NCBI GenBank assembly: GCA_946965045.2
Contig: OX337242.1
Location: 1,736,001 to 1,800,000, forward strand
Reading direction: 5' to 3'
DNA from: Epithemia pelagica
Lineage: Eukaryota > Protista > Bacillariophyta
DNA length: 64,000 bases
Shown here: one piece after another, positions 45,017 to 54,390 of the stretch
How the letters are laid out: the number at the start of each line of letters is the position of its first letter
Numbering within the stretch: position 1 is the stretch's first letter
Notes under the pieces: generated by a model
What the model saw: the letters and a program-made list of their open reading frames with translations, nothing else
Told to the model about the DNA's origin: nothing
Databases searched by the model: none
Made by a program: the position numbers and the translations under genes

Positions 45017-48000
45017 TCAGGAGTTGCACCTTTCTTCTTCTTTGCCCTGGGTGAGCGTCGGACTTTGCTGTGATTCTCTATCCTCTTTGGACTTTATCCG
45101 GGATGATGGTTTTTTCTTAGACCCGCTTTTGGAACCTGTGGACTTGAGTTTGGTTTGTTTTGCTTTCTTTTGGACAGGTGGTGTCTCATTCGCTTTTCTC
45201 TTCTTTGAACCACTCCCACTTGTTCCAGTAGTCGGCTCAGCATTCGTGCCTTTGTCTTTGTCTTTGCTTGCCGCTCTTTTCTTCTTTTCTTCCGCTGCCA
45301 GTTTTCTTGATTTCTCTAAGCAATCGAGCCGTTTGATTTCTTCTCGTAGATGAAAAGTTATGGCCTCGTCGTTGTCAATATCTTCATCTTCGACAACGGA
45401 TTTGTCCTCCTCATTGTCACTTACATCCGACAAGTCAATCTTCACCACTTGAATGTCGTCAGCTGTCATGGGAACTTCGGCTTCCCCTTCTCCGTCGCCC
45501 AGATCAGGGAAATATTCATAGGTTGGATCGGGAGAGTTCGTTGCAAGAGGGTCTTGTTCAGACGACTTCTTCGCTTTGGAGTTGAAGTCGTCCAAAGCCT
45601 CGGTGGCTTTCATTAGCAACATGTTGCGAAGATACTCGGCTTGCTCCGTGTCTTCGAACAAATGCGGAGTCTTCTTCTTCTCATTACCGATTGCTGTTGC
45701 ATGTGACGGATCAGTATCCTGTGTATTGGACGGTGTATCATCAGTGTTTCCGACCTCGCTTGCCTGGACCTCGGTTGCCTGTTTCGCCACATTGCCTGTA
45801 TCCGTGGACGTTCCCCCAGTGCTGGTTGCAGTCTCTGCAGTCTTCTCCACCGCCTCGTCGTCATCATCATCGTCGATGGCGATCACTTCTGCTTCCCGTT
45901 TCTTATTCTCAATAGCAATCTCTCGTTGGACAATCTCGAGGCGAATCTTTCTGGTTAATTTCTCCATCGCCCTCATCTCGAAATTCTTGGCTGTTGTTTT
46001 GGATTGAAGTTTGTCTTGTTGAAACCAGGAACCGAGTGAAAATACTCGTTCCTGAAAAGCATTAGTGACAGGCTTTGTAAGCCAAATCACAGCCGATGGG
46101 AACACGTGGGGAAAATTGTCCTTGTTGTGATCCCACCACGCCATTACATCAAAATACTTGCCAACCACTAAGAAGTCTCGGTCCTGACAAGCCAACAGGA
46201 ACCTGGATTTGTCAGCCGGTTTCCACTTTTTATAGTCGTTCGTGTAGGCTTCTGTTGGGTATTTGGCAATGACCTCGTTCCATTTAGTGTCAATGTCCCG
46301 CTTGCAAGCCCGACGAAAATCGCGCAAACTATCTTCACAAGTCTGTTTCAGCACTTTGGCTATTCGAGATTCTTCATCGGCAAGCGAGGCCTTTCCCGTT
46401 ATACTCAACAATGCACGTTCATTGAGTTCTTGGGACTCCCTGAACGCACGGAATGGGTTGAATTTTTGGAACGGCATATTCGTTGTGGTGGAAGTATTGG
46501 TGTTTTGTTCAGGTGGAGACGTTGTGGTGGTCGAGTGAGACGTCGTAGTGCCCGTCGTAGTGCTGGTAGTTTGTTGGGCTTGTTTTGATAACAAGGAACC
46601 GATTGTTGAATAAGCCTTGTTGCTGAACTTTTTGACCATGTCCTTCAAGAAAAGGTCCTTTACTCGATTGGCATCATTTTGGTCATACACACCCAGCGAC
46701 TGGAAGAATTTCCCAAACATATTTGTTGTCAACGGGTGTGCCATCAAGGCCTTTTCAGAATCATCGTTGAGAGAGCCACCATCGTCTCTTTTGCGTCGAC
46801 CTTCCACCAAAAGTGTCTTGAATTCCGCGAGAATCCGACAGATAAGTTTGCGTGGTCCACTTTTCAAGTCCTTGAAAGACATTCCCACTCTTTCCAATTG
46901 GGGAATAGTTTTGTCCCCATTCCATCTCTTGTCTCTTGGTGTTGTAAGCGTCACAGGGAGACATCCAATTGCTTCTTTCGTAGTTTGCATCCGGTGTGTG
47001 TGAGCACGGGCAAGATAGATCTGCATTAGGGCCGCAGACGACGAACCTGGTTCGTCCGATTGGATAGAGATAGAAGCCTCTTGCAAAACAACAAGAATGG
47101 CCTCGTACTGTGCGAGTAATTCCCATTTGTCTTGATCGGGATAGTTGTCCTTGAAATCCGGATCAGTACCGAAGTTTCGATTGACATAGTCATCGAAACA
47201 CCATTTGTTCCGTAGTAGATACTGTATTGTCAACACGCATCCACTCACTCGAGTCTCGTTGGGTAATGGGATTTGAACTACGGACTGGTTCATGCGTTCC
47301 ATGTCCTCTCGCACATTGTCAAAGCGATGGTTGGCTTTTTTGGACATCAACCAGGCGGCAAACTTTTTGAATTCGGTGTACAGTTCCACAAAGCTCTTGT
47401 TGTCGTCAATAATTTCCTTGTTCTTGGTCCTTACCACTAACCCCGTGGCATGCTTTAAGACCAATTCGGCCTTATGCATGTCGCATTTGCCCACAGCCGA
47501 AGAACTCGTAATGTATTTCCCCGCCAACACTGCCGAAGCAGTGTTGTCGTTGACCGAGGAACATAGGTCAGTTTTGTGAAACCCCACCGTCTGGAGCAAC
47601 GAGTGGGTTAGCTTGGCGACTTGTACAGCAGTATGGCCTTTGGTTTGTGCCAACCCAATCGGGATCCGGTATATGGCGCAATTCCGAGGGTCGCAAAACA
47701 TTACCGTGACTCCAAGGACATCATATTGTTTTGCCTGCCACACATCGTGACATACCGTTGCGAACGGTATTTCTTGTCGACAAATCTTTTTATAGTGTTG
47801 ACGAACACGGAAAGAGAGCTTCGATATAGTTCGGATAAACTCTTGGTACGATGTGACTCGCATAGACGTCACTTCCCGTCGACTGAGTTTTTCCGGTTGG
47901 GATTTGCGAAGAAGGTTGGCGTTTTTGATTGCGAAATCAATCATCTTCCGAAACTCTGGTTTCTCCACAATGGAGGCGGGTAGACAGCAATCGTTGACAC

Positions 48001-48655
48001 ATTGGTAAATGTGTTGTTGCATTTGTTGTCGAATGGTTTTCTTCGTAATCATGCCCGAACCATCACGGAACATGGTCATCTTTGTCTGGGTGGTGCCTTG
48101 TTCCGGTTCACTTTGTGCTTGTGCATCTTCTTTCGTACCAGGAATGACGAAGTCCTTATGATTACTGTCTGTATGTTGCTTGATGTTGGAGGGCCTGCTA
48201 CGACTTAGCATGATGATAGCGTTGCTCAAAGGAGTGTCTGGGTTTTGTAGGCAGAGAGGACATAGAACACATCTCTTAGTGACGACGGAAAAAGGAAGTA
48301 GCTTCTCAGTTTTGTTGGGAGAGGACTTCTTCGCAAGTTGCTCCTGTTCTTCTTGTGCGGCCTTGAACGTGTCATTGATGCGTTGGAATCCTTTGTACAT
48401 TTCAAGGTTTTGTGGGTCATGTGAGGAAATAAAATTTGAGAATTGGGGCCAGTCGATGTGCACAGCAAATTTCCAAAGGGGTGACAAGTTTTGGTGACCA
48501 AAATGATCGGGCGGCGGCTGTTGGAACTTAGGAACAATGTCCTTTTCGCTTTGGAGGAAAGAGCGGTGGGCTTTCTGCTTTTCGGCATGAACCTTCTCGG
48601 ATTGCTTCTTCTCAGCGGCACGGGTTGCTTTGGATTTTTTCTGACGAGGGGCCAT
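45017..48655 (-). CDS. hAT transposase (~1212 aa), uninterrupted
   Basis: BED-like zinc finger CVLCPLC...SNIKQHTDSNH; LPASIVEKPEF; catalytic D (CHDVW), D (VNDNT) and E (AFQERVFS); CxxH motif (CDMH); ETRVSG; dimerisation region DVMAWWDHNKDNFP. Confidence 0.93.
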   Translation of the reverse strand: MAPRQKKSKATRAAEKKQSEKVHAEKQKAHRSFLQSEKDIVPKFQQPPPDHFGHQNLSPLWKFAVHIDWPQFSNFISSHDPQNLEMYKGFQRINDTFKAAQEEQEQLAKKSSPNKTEKLLPFSVVTKRCVLCPLCLQNPDTPLSNAIIMLSRSRPSNIKQHTDSNHKDFVIPGTKEDAQAQSEPEQGTTQTKMTMFRDGSGMITKKTIRQQMQQHIYQCVNDCCLPASIVEKPEFRKMIDFAIKNANLLRKSQPEKLSRREVTSMRVTSYQEFIRTISKLSFRVRQHYKKICRQEIPFATVCHDVWQAKQYDVLGVTVMFCDPRNCAIYRIPIGLAQTKGHTAVQVAKLTHSLLQTVGFHKTDLCSSVNDNTASAVLAGKYITSSSAVGKCDMHKAELVLKHATGLVVRTKNKEIIDDNKSFVELYTEFKKFAAWLMSKKANHRFDNVREDMERMNQSVVQIPLPNETRVSGCVLTIQYLLRNKWCFDDYVNRNFGTDPDFKDNYPDQDKWELLAQYEAILVVLQEASISIQSDEPGSSSAALMQIYLARAHTHRMQTTKEAIGCLPVTLTTPRDKRWNGDKTIPQLERVGMSFKDLKSGPRKLICRILAEFKTLLVEGRRKRDDGGSLNDDSEKALMAHPLTTNMFGKFFQSLGVYDQNDANRVKDLFLKDMVKKFSNKAYSTIGSLLSKQAQQTTSTTTGTTTSHSTTTTSPPEQNTNTSTTTNMPFQKFNPFRAFRESQELNERALLSITGKASLADEESRIAKVLKQTCEDSLRDFRRACKRDIDTKWNEVIAKYPTEAYTNDYKKWKPADKSRFLLACQDRDFLVVGKYFDVMAWWDHNKDNFPHVFPSAVIWLTKPVTNAFQERVFSLGSWFQQDKLQSKTTAKNFEMRAMEKLTRKIRLEIVQREIAIENKKREAEVIAIDDDDDDEAVEKTAETATSTGGTSTDTGNVAKQATEVQASEVGNTDDTPSNTQDTDPSHATAIGNEKKKTPHLFEDTEQAEYLRNMLLMKATEALDDFNSKAKKSSEQDPLATNSPDPTYEYFPDLGDGEGEAEVPMTADDIQVVKIDLSDVSDNEEDKSVVEDEDIDNDEAITFHLREEIKRLDCLEKSRKLAAEEKKKRAASKDKDKGTNAEPTTGTSGSGSKKRKANETPPVQKKAKQTKLKSTGSKSGSKKKPSSRIKSKEDRESQQSPTLTQGKEEERCNS

Positions 48656-49256
48656 GGTGAACTGAATCGATTGGACTGGTTGGCTGTTGGATGTTGGCTG
48701 TTGGCTGCTGTCGAAAATTATGAGACTCACAACAGAGAGCGATGGATGAAGATGCAACAGAGGTGAATGTGAATGTGTGTATGTATATGAGGCAATGGCG
48801 ATGATCACTCATGTGCTGTCAAAAAGATTTACGTGCCTGCGAAGCGTGAGAGAAGAATGAGAGAATGTGGGTACTTCGAGGATTCAGAGACGTACCTATG
48901 GACTTAGAAGTAGTAGAATACCATTAAGAGTACTTACTTCTGGTGCTTTAAGTAACACAGGGGGGTGGGTAGTACTTGATACGGTTACTTAAAGTATCAG
49001 AAAAATTAGCAAGTACTTGCGATGGGTACTTACAAGGAAGCGATAAGATGAGCGGTACTTGCGGTGGGGTACTTAAGGTGGTACAGGAAAATATAGGTAC
49101 TTTTTGGTGAGGACATAGGGAAAGGAAAGTACATGGCGAAGAGAAGAGGGACTTGGACCAAGGAAAGTCATAAAGTACGCGAAAAGTAGTACTTTTGGAA
49201 AAAATAGGTACTTGGTACTTCACAACCCTGATCCCGATGCGTAAAATGGCTTCAAC

Positions 49257-49890
49257 GCATCTCGTCACGCCGGCATAATCACTATAAATCACTATCGTAA
49301 ATTTTGTAGGATACGGTTGTATGTACGTTATTCTAGTCTTGAATAAGCTTATGTATTCGAACATCCACAAGACTATTTAAGAATGAGAAAAATCTAGCGA
49401 GCGAGCCTGCGTCGTGGTTTTTGTATCCATCGGATACAAAATATGTATAAAATGTATCCAATGGATACATGGGTACAACTGGGGACAAAGGGGGTACAGT
49501 TCGTTCAAAAGGGTACATAGTTCATCCTTCGCCTAATGTACCCCTGTATCCGTTTTGTACAAAAGGATACGTATTTTATCATATTTGGTAAATATGGACC
49601 TAACGGATGACTGACAGGTTCATATTTTGGGTTGCATCTCGTCACGCCGGCAAAATCACTGAAACTCACTGTAAATATTGTAGGACTATTTAAAATCTAG
49701 CGAGCGAGCCTGCGTCGTGGTTTTTGTATCCATCGGATACAAAATATGTATAAAATGTATCCAATGGATACATGGGGACAACTGGGGACAAAGGGGGTAC
49801 AGTTCGTTCAAAAGGGTACGAGTACATAGTTCATCCTTCGCCGAATGTACCCCAGATTTGGTCCTGTATCCGTTTTGTACAAAAGGATAC
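49257..49890. repeat. Two imperfect direct copies (~300 bp) rich in short palindromes
   Basis: The core AAAATCTAGCGAGCGAGCC...AAAAGGGTAC at 49388-49514 is repeated at 49692-49819. Each copy contains TGTATCCATCGGATACA, TGTATCCAATGGATACA and GTATCC...GGATAC palindromes. Confidence 0.9.
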
Positions 49891-50532
49891 ATCTTTTATC
49901 AAATTTGTTAAATAAGGGCCTAGTAGCCGGTGACTCACACGTGTCCTTGTTGATTACTTAGCCGTCATGTATTAAATGCGATTTCTATTTAGTCTTGCAG
50001 GTCGCGAACATGTTTTCTACCGGACTGCTGTCGCGCGACCAGTTCTTTCGTCACCTAGCACCTAGCCCACAGACGATTTTTGTTCCTACTCCTAAGATAC
50101 AAATATCGGTGGTCATTCGCAGATTTCACTCAGCATTCCCAGTTTTCAGATGCCGGTTGGTATCAATCTTCACTTCGGACGACTGCCGCTGTCGGAGCTC
50201 CGCAATTCGGTGCATATCATGAATCCTACAACTCTCGTCGATCGGCAAGTCGATGATGGGTTTATGCTGGTCATGTCCTATCATTCGGTACTGGAAACAG
50301 CATGGCGCCTCCTACTGGTTCCGAACATGGTCAACAATGTTGGTTTCTCCCGTGGCATACTGCCGTCTGTCAAGAACTTGGAGGATCAACTCTCTCCAAA
50401 CACACAAACTTGGATGGTCTCATAAAATCTGATTCGACAAGTTTGCCGAGCATCGAGCAAGCTACATCAGATTTTGAGTGAGATAATACCGGCCGAATAT
50501 AGAATCAGAAAACCACGTTTGTTTCAAGCACC

Positions 50533-53500
50533 ATGAAGTTGTCAACTGCCGTCGTCTTTCTTGCTGCGACCATCCACAAGAAGGCCGCCGTGGAAGGTAC
50601 TACGCACATGGTGTTTCCTGCTCCCGAATCGGATCCAAGCTACCAGGTAAGTACAGTCCGCAAACGTTGTGTCACCACACTTTGACCTTTGAACAGGTGA
50701 AACTAATCATCAAGTGCACAGAAATGTGGTCTCGACTATCCAGCAGACCATCATATCGCCTGCCAAAATCCCGACTATCCGAATTGCGAAGGTTCGAAAC
50801 ACGGAGTTTCGTGGGGAAGGTGCTTTGCACGGCCTCCTCTCGAGACACTTGCGGTCGATCCTCGGTACCACCGATGCGGACAGGACTTTGGGAACGCCAA
50901 CTTTGGGAATGAATGTCAGGATCCTGACTACCCTGACTGCGTTCGGGGCTTTTGCTATGCAAGGTCCACGAATCCCATGCCTCTAGATCCTGAAGCTCCC
51001 CGACCGGACCCCAGTGGACAGACCTGTCATACGGACCACACCGGTCAGGACAACGTTCATCACTGTCAAGACCCCAACTATCCTGTTTGCGAAGGTCACA
51101 TCTTTGGGAAGCAGTGGGGCAAGTGCTTGTCCAAGTCCACGGATGGAATTAAACTCTTGGATGACCCCCCAGTGAAAGCAGGTGTCGTGTACGAGCAAGA
51201 AATGATCCTTTCCCATAATGACAGCGATCCAAAACTTACGGTCCATGAAGGTGATGAAATCGCTGGCGTGCAGACTTGGAGTGATGCCTTTCACTTTTGT
51301 TTGGCAAAGGGCCGAAGGCTCCCATACCGCTACGAGTGATGCAATGGAAAATGGGATCGGTATGTTGGCAGTGATGTTTGGGGAGGGCTTGTGCCAGGAC
51401 CCGAGCACAAGTGGACTGCCGTTGCGGACAACTTCAATCTAGGCACGCTGCTTCAGCTTGCAGACGCTGTTTCTGCGAGCGGCGTTAGCGAAGTCTGCAA
51501 GACGTATCTTCCCGGCCCGGCTGCCTACCCAGAGAAAAAGGTCTTTGATCCGTTCTGTAAGAAACCGGATAGTTGCGAGGGCAAGGAATGCTCGTTGGAA
51601 TGTCCAGCCACTGCGAAGGTGGGCTTCTACCCTGATCCCAATGACTGCCAAGCCGTTTGCTACTGTTCTGGATCTGAGAGTGGTTCGTTTTGGGAAAAGG
51701 TAACAGAAGATGAGACAGAAGTTTGGGATCCATGGTGCGAAGGTTCCAGGCCTCTTGACGGAGACAATGTGCCTTTGGGGTAGGTGTGAGAGTATACAGT
51801 GTCGTGGTCGTTTTGTGAACCTTCTTCTAACTCATTTTTTATTTGTACACCACCAGAGGTATGAACGGAGGTTGCAAGAACAAAGAGTTCTATGTGAATG
51901 ATAAGAGCTACTGCAATGGCAATACCAACGATCAGAGGAAGCTTTCGCCGTTGCGTGATGAAAATCTCATTGACCCAGGCTATCAGCCATCCATTGATAC
52001 CGTCATGTGTGTGAAATCCGCAAAATTTGATCCATCTCAACTGAACCCCACCTGTGCGGCTGCTTGGGGTGATCCACGTAAGTTCACGTGTGCTGGCTTG
52101 AAGTGTAGCAGTCAAAGCACGACAGGAGAAGGATATTTTCATGTCGGCGAATTGGTCATCTTACCTGCTCGTTTTGTTTCAGATATTGTCACCTACGATG
52201 GGCTTCGTTACAGCTGCCAAGGACAGGGCGATCATATCCTTGCAAAATCTCTTGACTCGGGCTTTGAATTCAAGGAAAGTTCAAGAAGCCTCGCGACAAT
52301 TCAATCAAAGGCGTGACGCTTATGACTGGATTCCATTTGAGAACTGGAAATCCCAATGAACCCGATGTTGAGTTTGATATCAGTACCTTACACCGTAAAT
52401 GGTGGATTGGCGGACAGTCGGTAAGTCACCTCCTAAACGAAGCCTGCTTGACAGTAAACAAAATCCAGGCAGTGTTCCTAACTTTTTTGTTCCATTCTTT
52501 TCCATCAAAGAACGACGGGATTGATCGGAACTATGGTCAACTTGGCACCCAGACTACTGGTACACCACATCTCCAGTACTTTGCCTCTCGCGGTGTTCGC
52601 ATGTTCTACTATCCAGAGTCCCGGATTCAGCTGAAGGTAACCTACAACTTCCATAGCCGCGATAGACTTGGATACTACATCAACATTGAATTGTGTCTCC
52701 CAGATGAACTCAAGGAACAGCGTATCATTGGGTTGTTTGGTTCTCCGGACGCCATTATCGAGAATGATTGGATGGACATGACCGCAGCTGCACTTCCCAT
52801 CACCGATACAAAGTGGGAGGAAGCATTCAACTACTGTAAGGAAAATTGGTGTATCGAAGATGAAAGCCAAAACAGATTCCACAACAAGTTCACCTGCGAC
52901 GATGAGTATGACCCTACTCTTGAGAACTTAGTCAACAATTTGGACCAATCCTCTCCATTGTATGGCATTTGTGGAAGTGATCCAGAATGTATCATGGACG
53001 GACTGGCAGGTGGTCTGGAAGTTGCAGCGCAGACCAAGCGACAGCAGAGTGCGATGAACATACCTGAAACGCCGGTGGAGCCACCGGCGGAACCAGAAGA
53101 GGAGAAGATGGAGGAGGAGGAACAGAAAAGGAGTCGGGAGGAGGAAGAACAGAAACTAGAGCCTACGAGCAACAAAGGAAGTGGCAGTGGTGATCCCCAT
53201 TTCAAGACGGTAAGCTGATATATGTGTCCTCATTGCATCTCTGCTGGCTCTGGCACAGCCCTGACAAACTTCCTTTTCTTGTACTGTAACGAGTCCAGTG
53301 GACGGGTGACAAATTCGACTATCACGGGGAGTGTGATCTTGTATTAGTCGATAACCCTCTTTCAACAATGGACAAGGAATGAAGCTTCACATCCGCACAA
53401 CGCGTGTTCGATATTTTTCGTTTATCGAGAAGATTGCTCTTCAGATTGGCACTGATGTCTTGGAGTTTGCCAACGATGCGGAGAAGTTTTTCATCAATGG

Positions 53501-54062
53501 GGAAATGGCTGAATCCAACAAGAAACACCACAAAACCATGCTTGGTGGTTTTGTGGTGCGCCGTGATCCTAATGCTCTTTCGGTTCGCCTCCGGGACGGA
53601 AGTGGCCCGCATAAACGTATGGGCGCTGCCAAGATCGACTTTCATACTCGCAAAAATGGTTTCCCTGCTGTAGTCGTAGATGGAGGAAGCAGTGACATAT
53701 TCCAGGGCAGCTTGGGTCTTTTGGGTGAATGGAGTACAGGCAAGAAAGTTGGCCGAGACGGCAAGACAGAGTTTATTGTCGACGGCCCCGCCGACGAAGA
53801 CGGTGCCACTGCATTTGCCTTGGAATGGCAGGTTCGTGAGAACGAGCCCATGTTGTTCCACGATTCTCGCTTTCCTCAGTTCCCATACACTTGCACTCCC
53901 CCTGCGAAGCGATCAGGACGATTGGGAGACTCTGCGCTCCGCAAGGAAGCCGAGGAAGCCTGCTCTCACTGGAAGGAGGATAAGGATGATTGTATCTTTG
54001 ATGTGATTGCAACCCGAGATGTGTTGGTTGCGGGAGAAGGGCATATTGTGCATGTGGAATGA
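50533..54062 (+). CDS. Secreted multi-exon protein with Cys-rich CQxPxYPxC repeats, a lectin-like segment and two von Willebrand factor type D (VWD) domains; in-frame TGA at 51337 and 1-nt frameshift at ~52271
   Basis: Signal peptide MKLSTAVVFLAA. Frame-consistent introns at 50647-50721 and 51780-51856. VWD motifs GEGYFH...TYDGLRYSCQGQGDHIL, IIGLFGSPD...NDWMD, GSGDPHFKT, YHGECDLVL and GSLGLLGEW. Confidence 0.8.
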
Positions 54063-54390
54063 GGGAATGAGGCAATGTGAGAGATGAACGGATGAGATCA
54101 CCTTCGAATTGACCTTCTTTCTGCATTAGAGACCCCAAGTACATGTTGACTCTTGAATTTGTTTGAATTTAGCTGAGTTTCTTTTTGTAGCTTAGCATTC
54201 AACGACATTTTCACTCACAATGCGAAACGAGTTGTCTCGACAGTTCGGTTGGGCCAATGACTGAGCCTCCCTGAATACCCCTGTTCATGAGACTTACAAT
54301 AAATCAAATAGAGAATTGTGTGTCTACAAACCCGTTTGAAGCCATATCCATAAATTACCTGTCTCGACCGCGTCGTGATAACGGGGTATA

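Larger units (their letters stand above)
42521..49230. mobile_element. Complete 6,710-bp hAT-superfamily DNA transposon carrying two genes (transposase and endonuclease III-like glycosylase)
   Basis: Perfect 16-bp TIRs CAGGGTTGTGAAGTAC (42521-42536) and GTACTTCACAACCCTG (49215-49230). Perfect 8-bp TSD ATCCCGAT (42513-42520 and 49231-49238). AT-rich subterminal regions dense in AGTAC/GTACT motifs. Confidence 0.96.

Noticed and set aside
49388-49890. CRISPR-like array
   Set aside because: Only two long copies with internal palindromes, no repeat-spacer periodicity, eukaryotic context and no cas genes.
51337-51339. Selenocysteine codon
   Set aside because: Not in a redox motif, the position is not expected to be Cys, and no SECIS could be identified.
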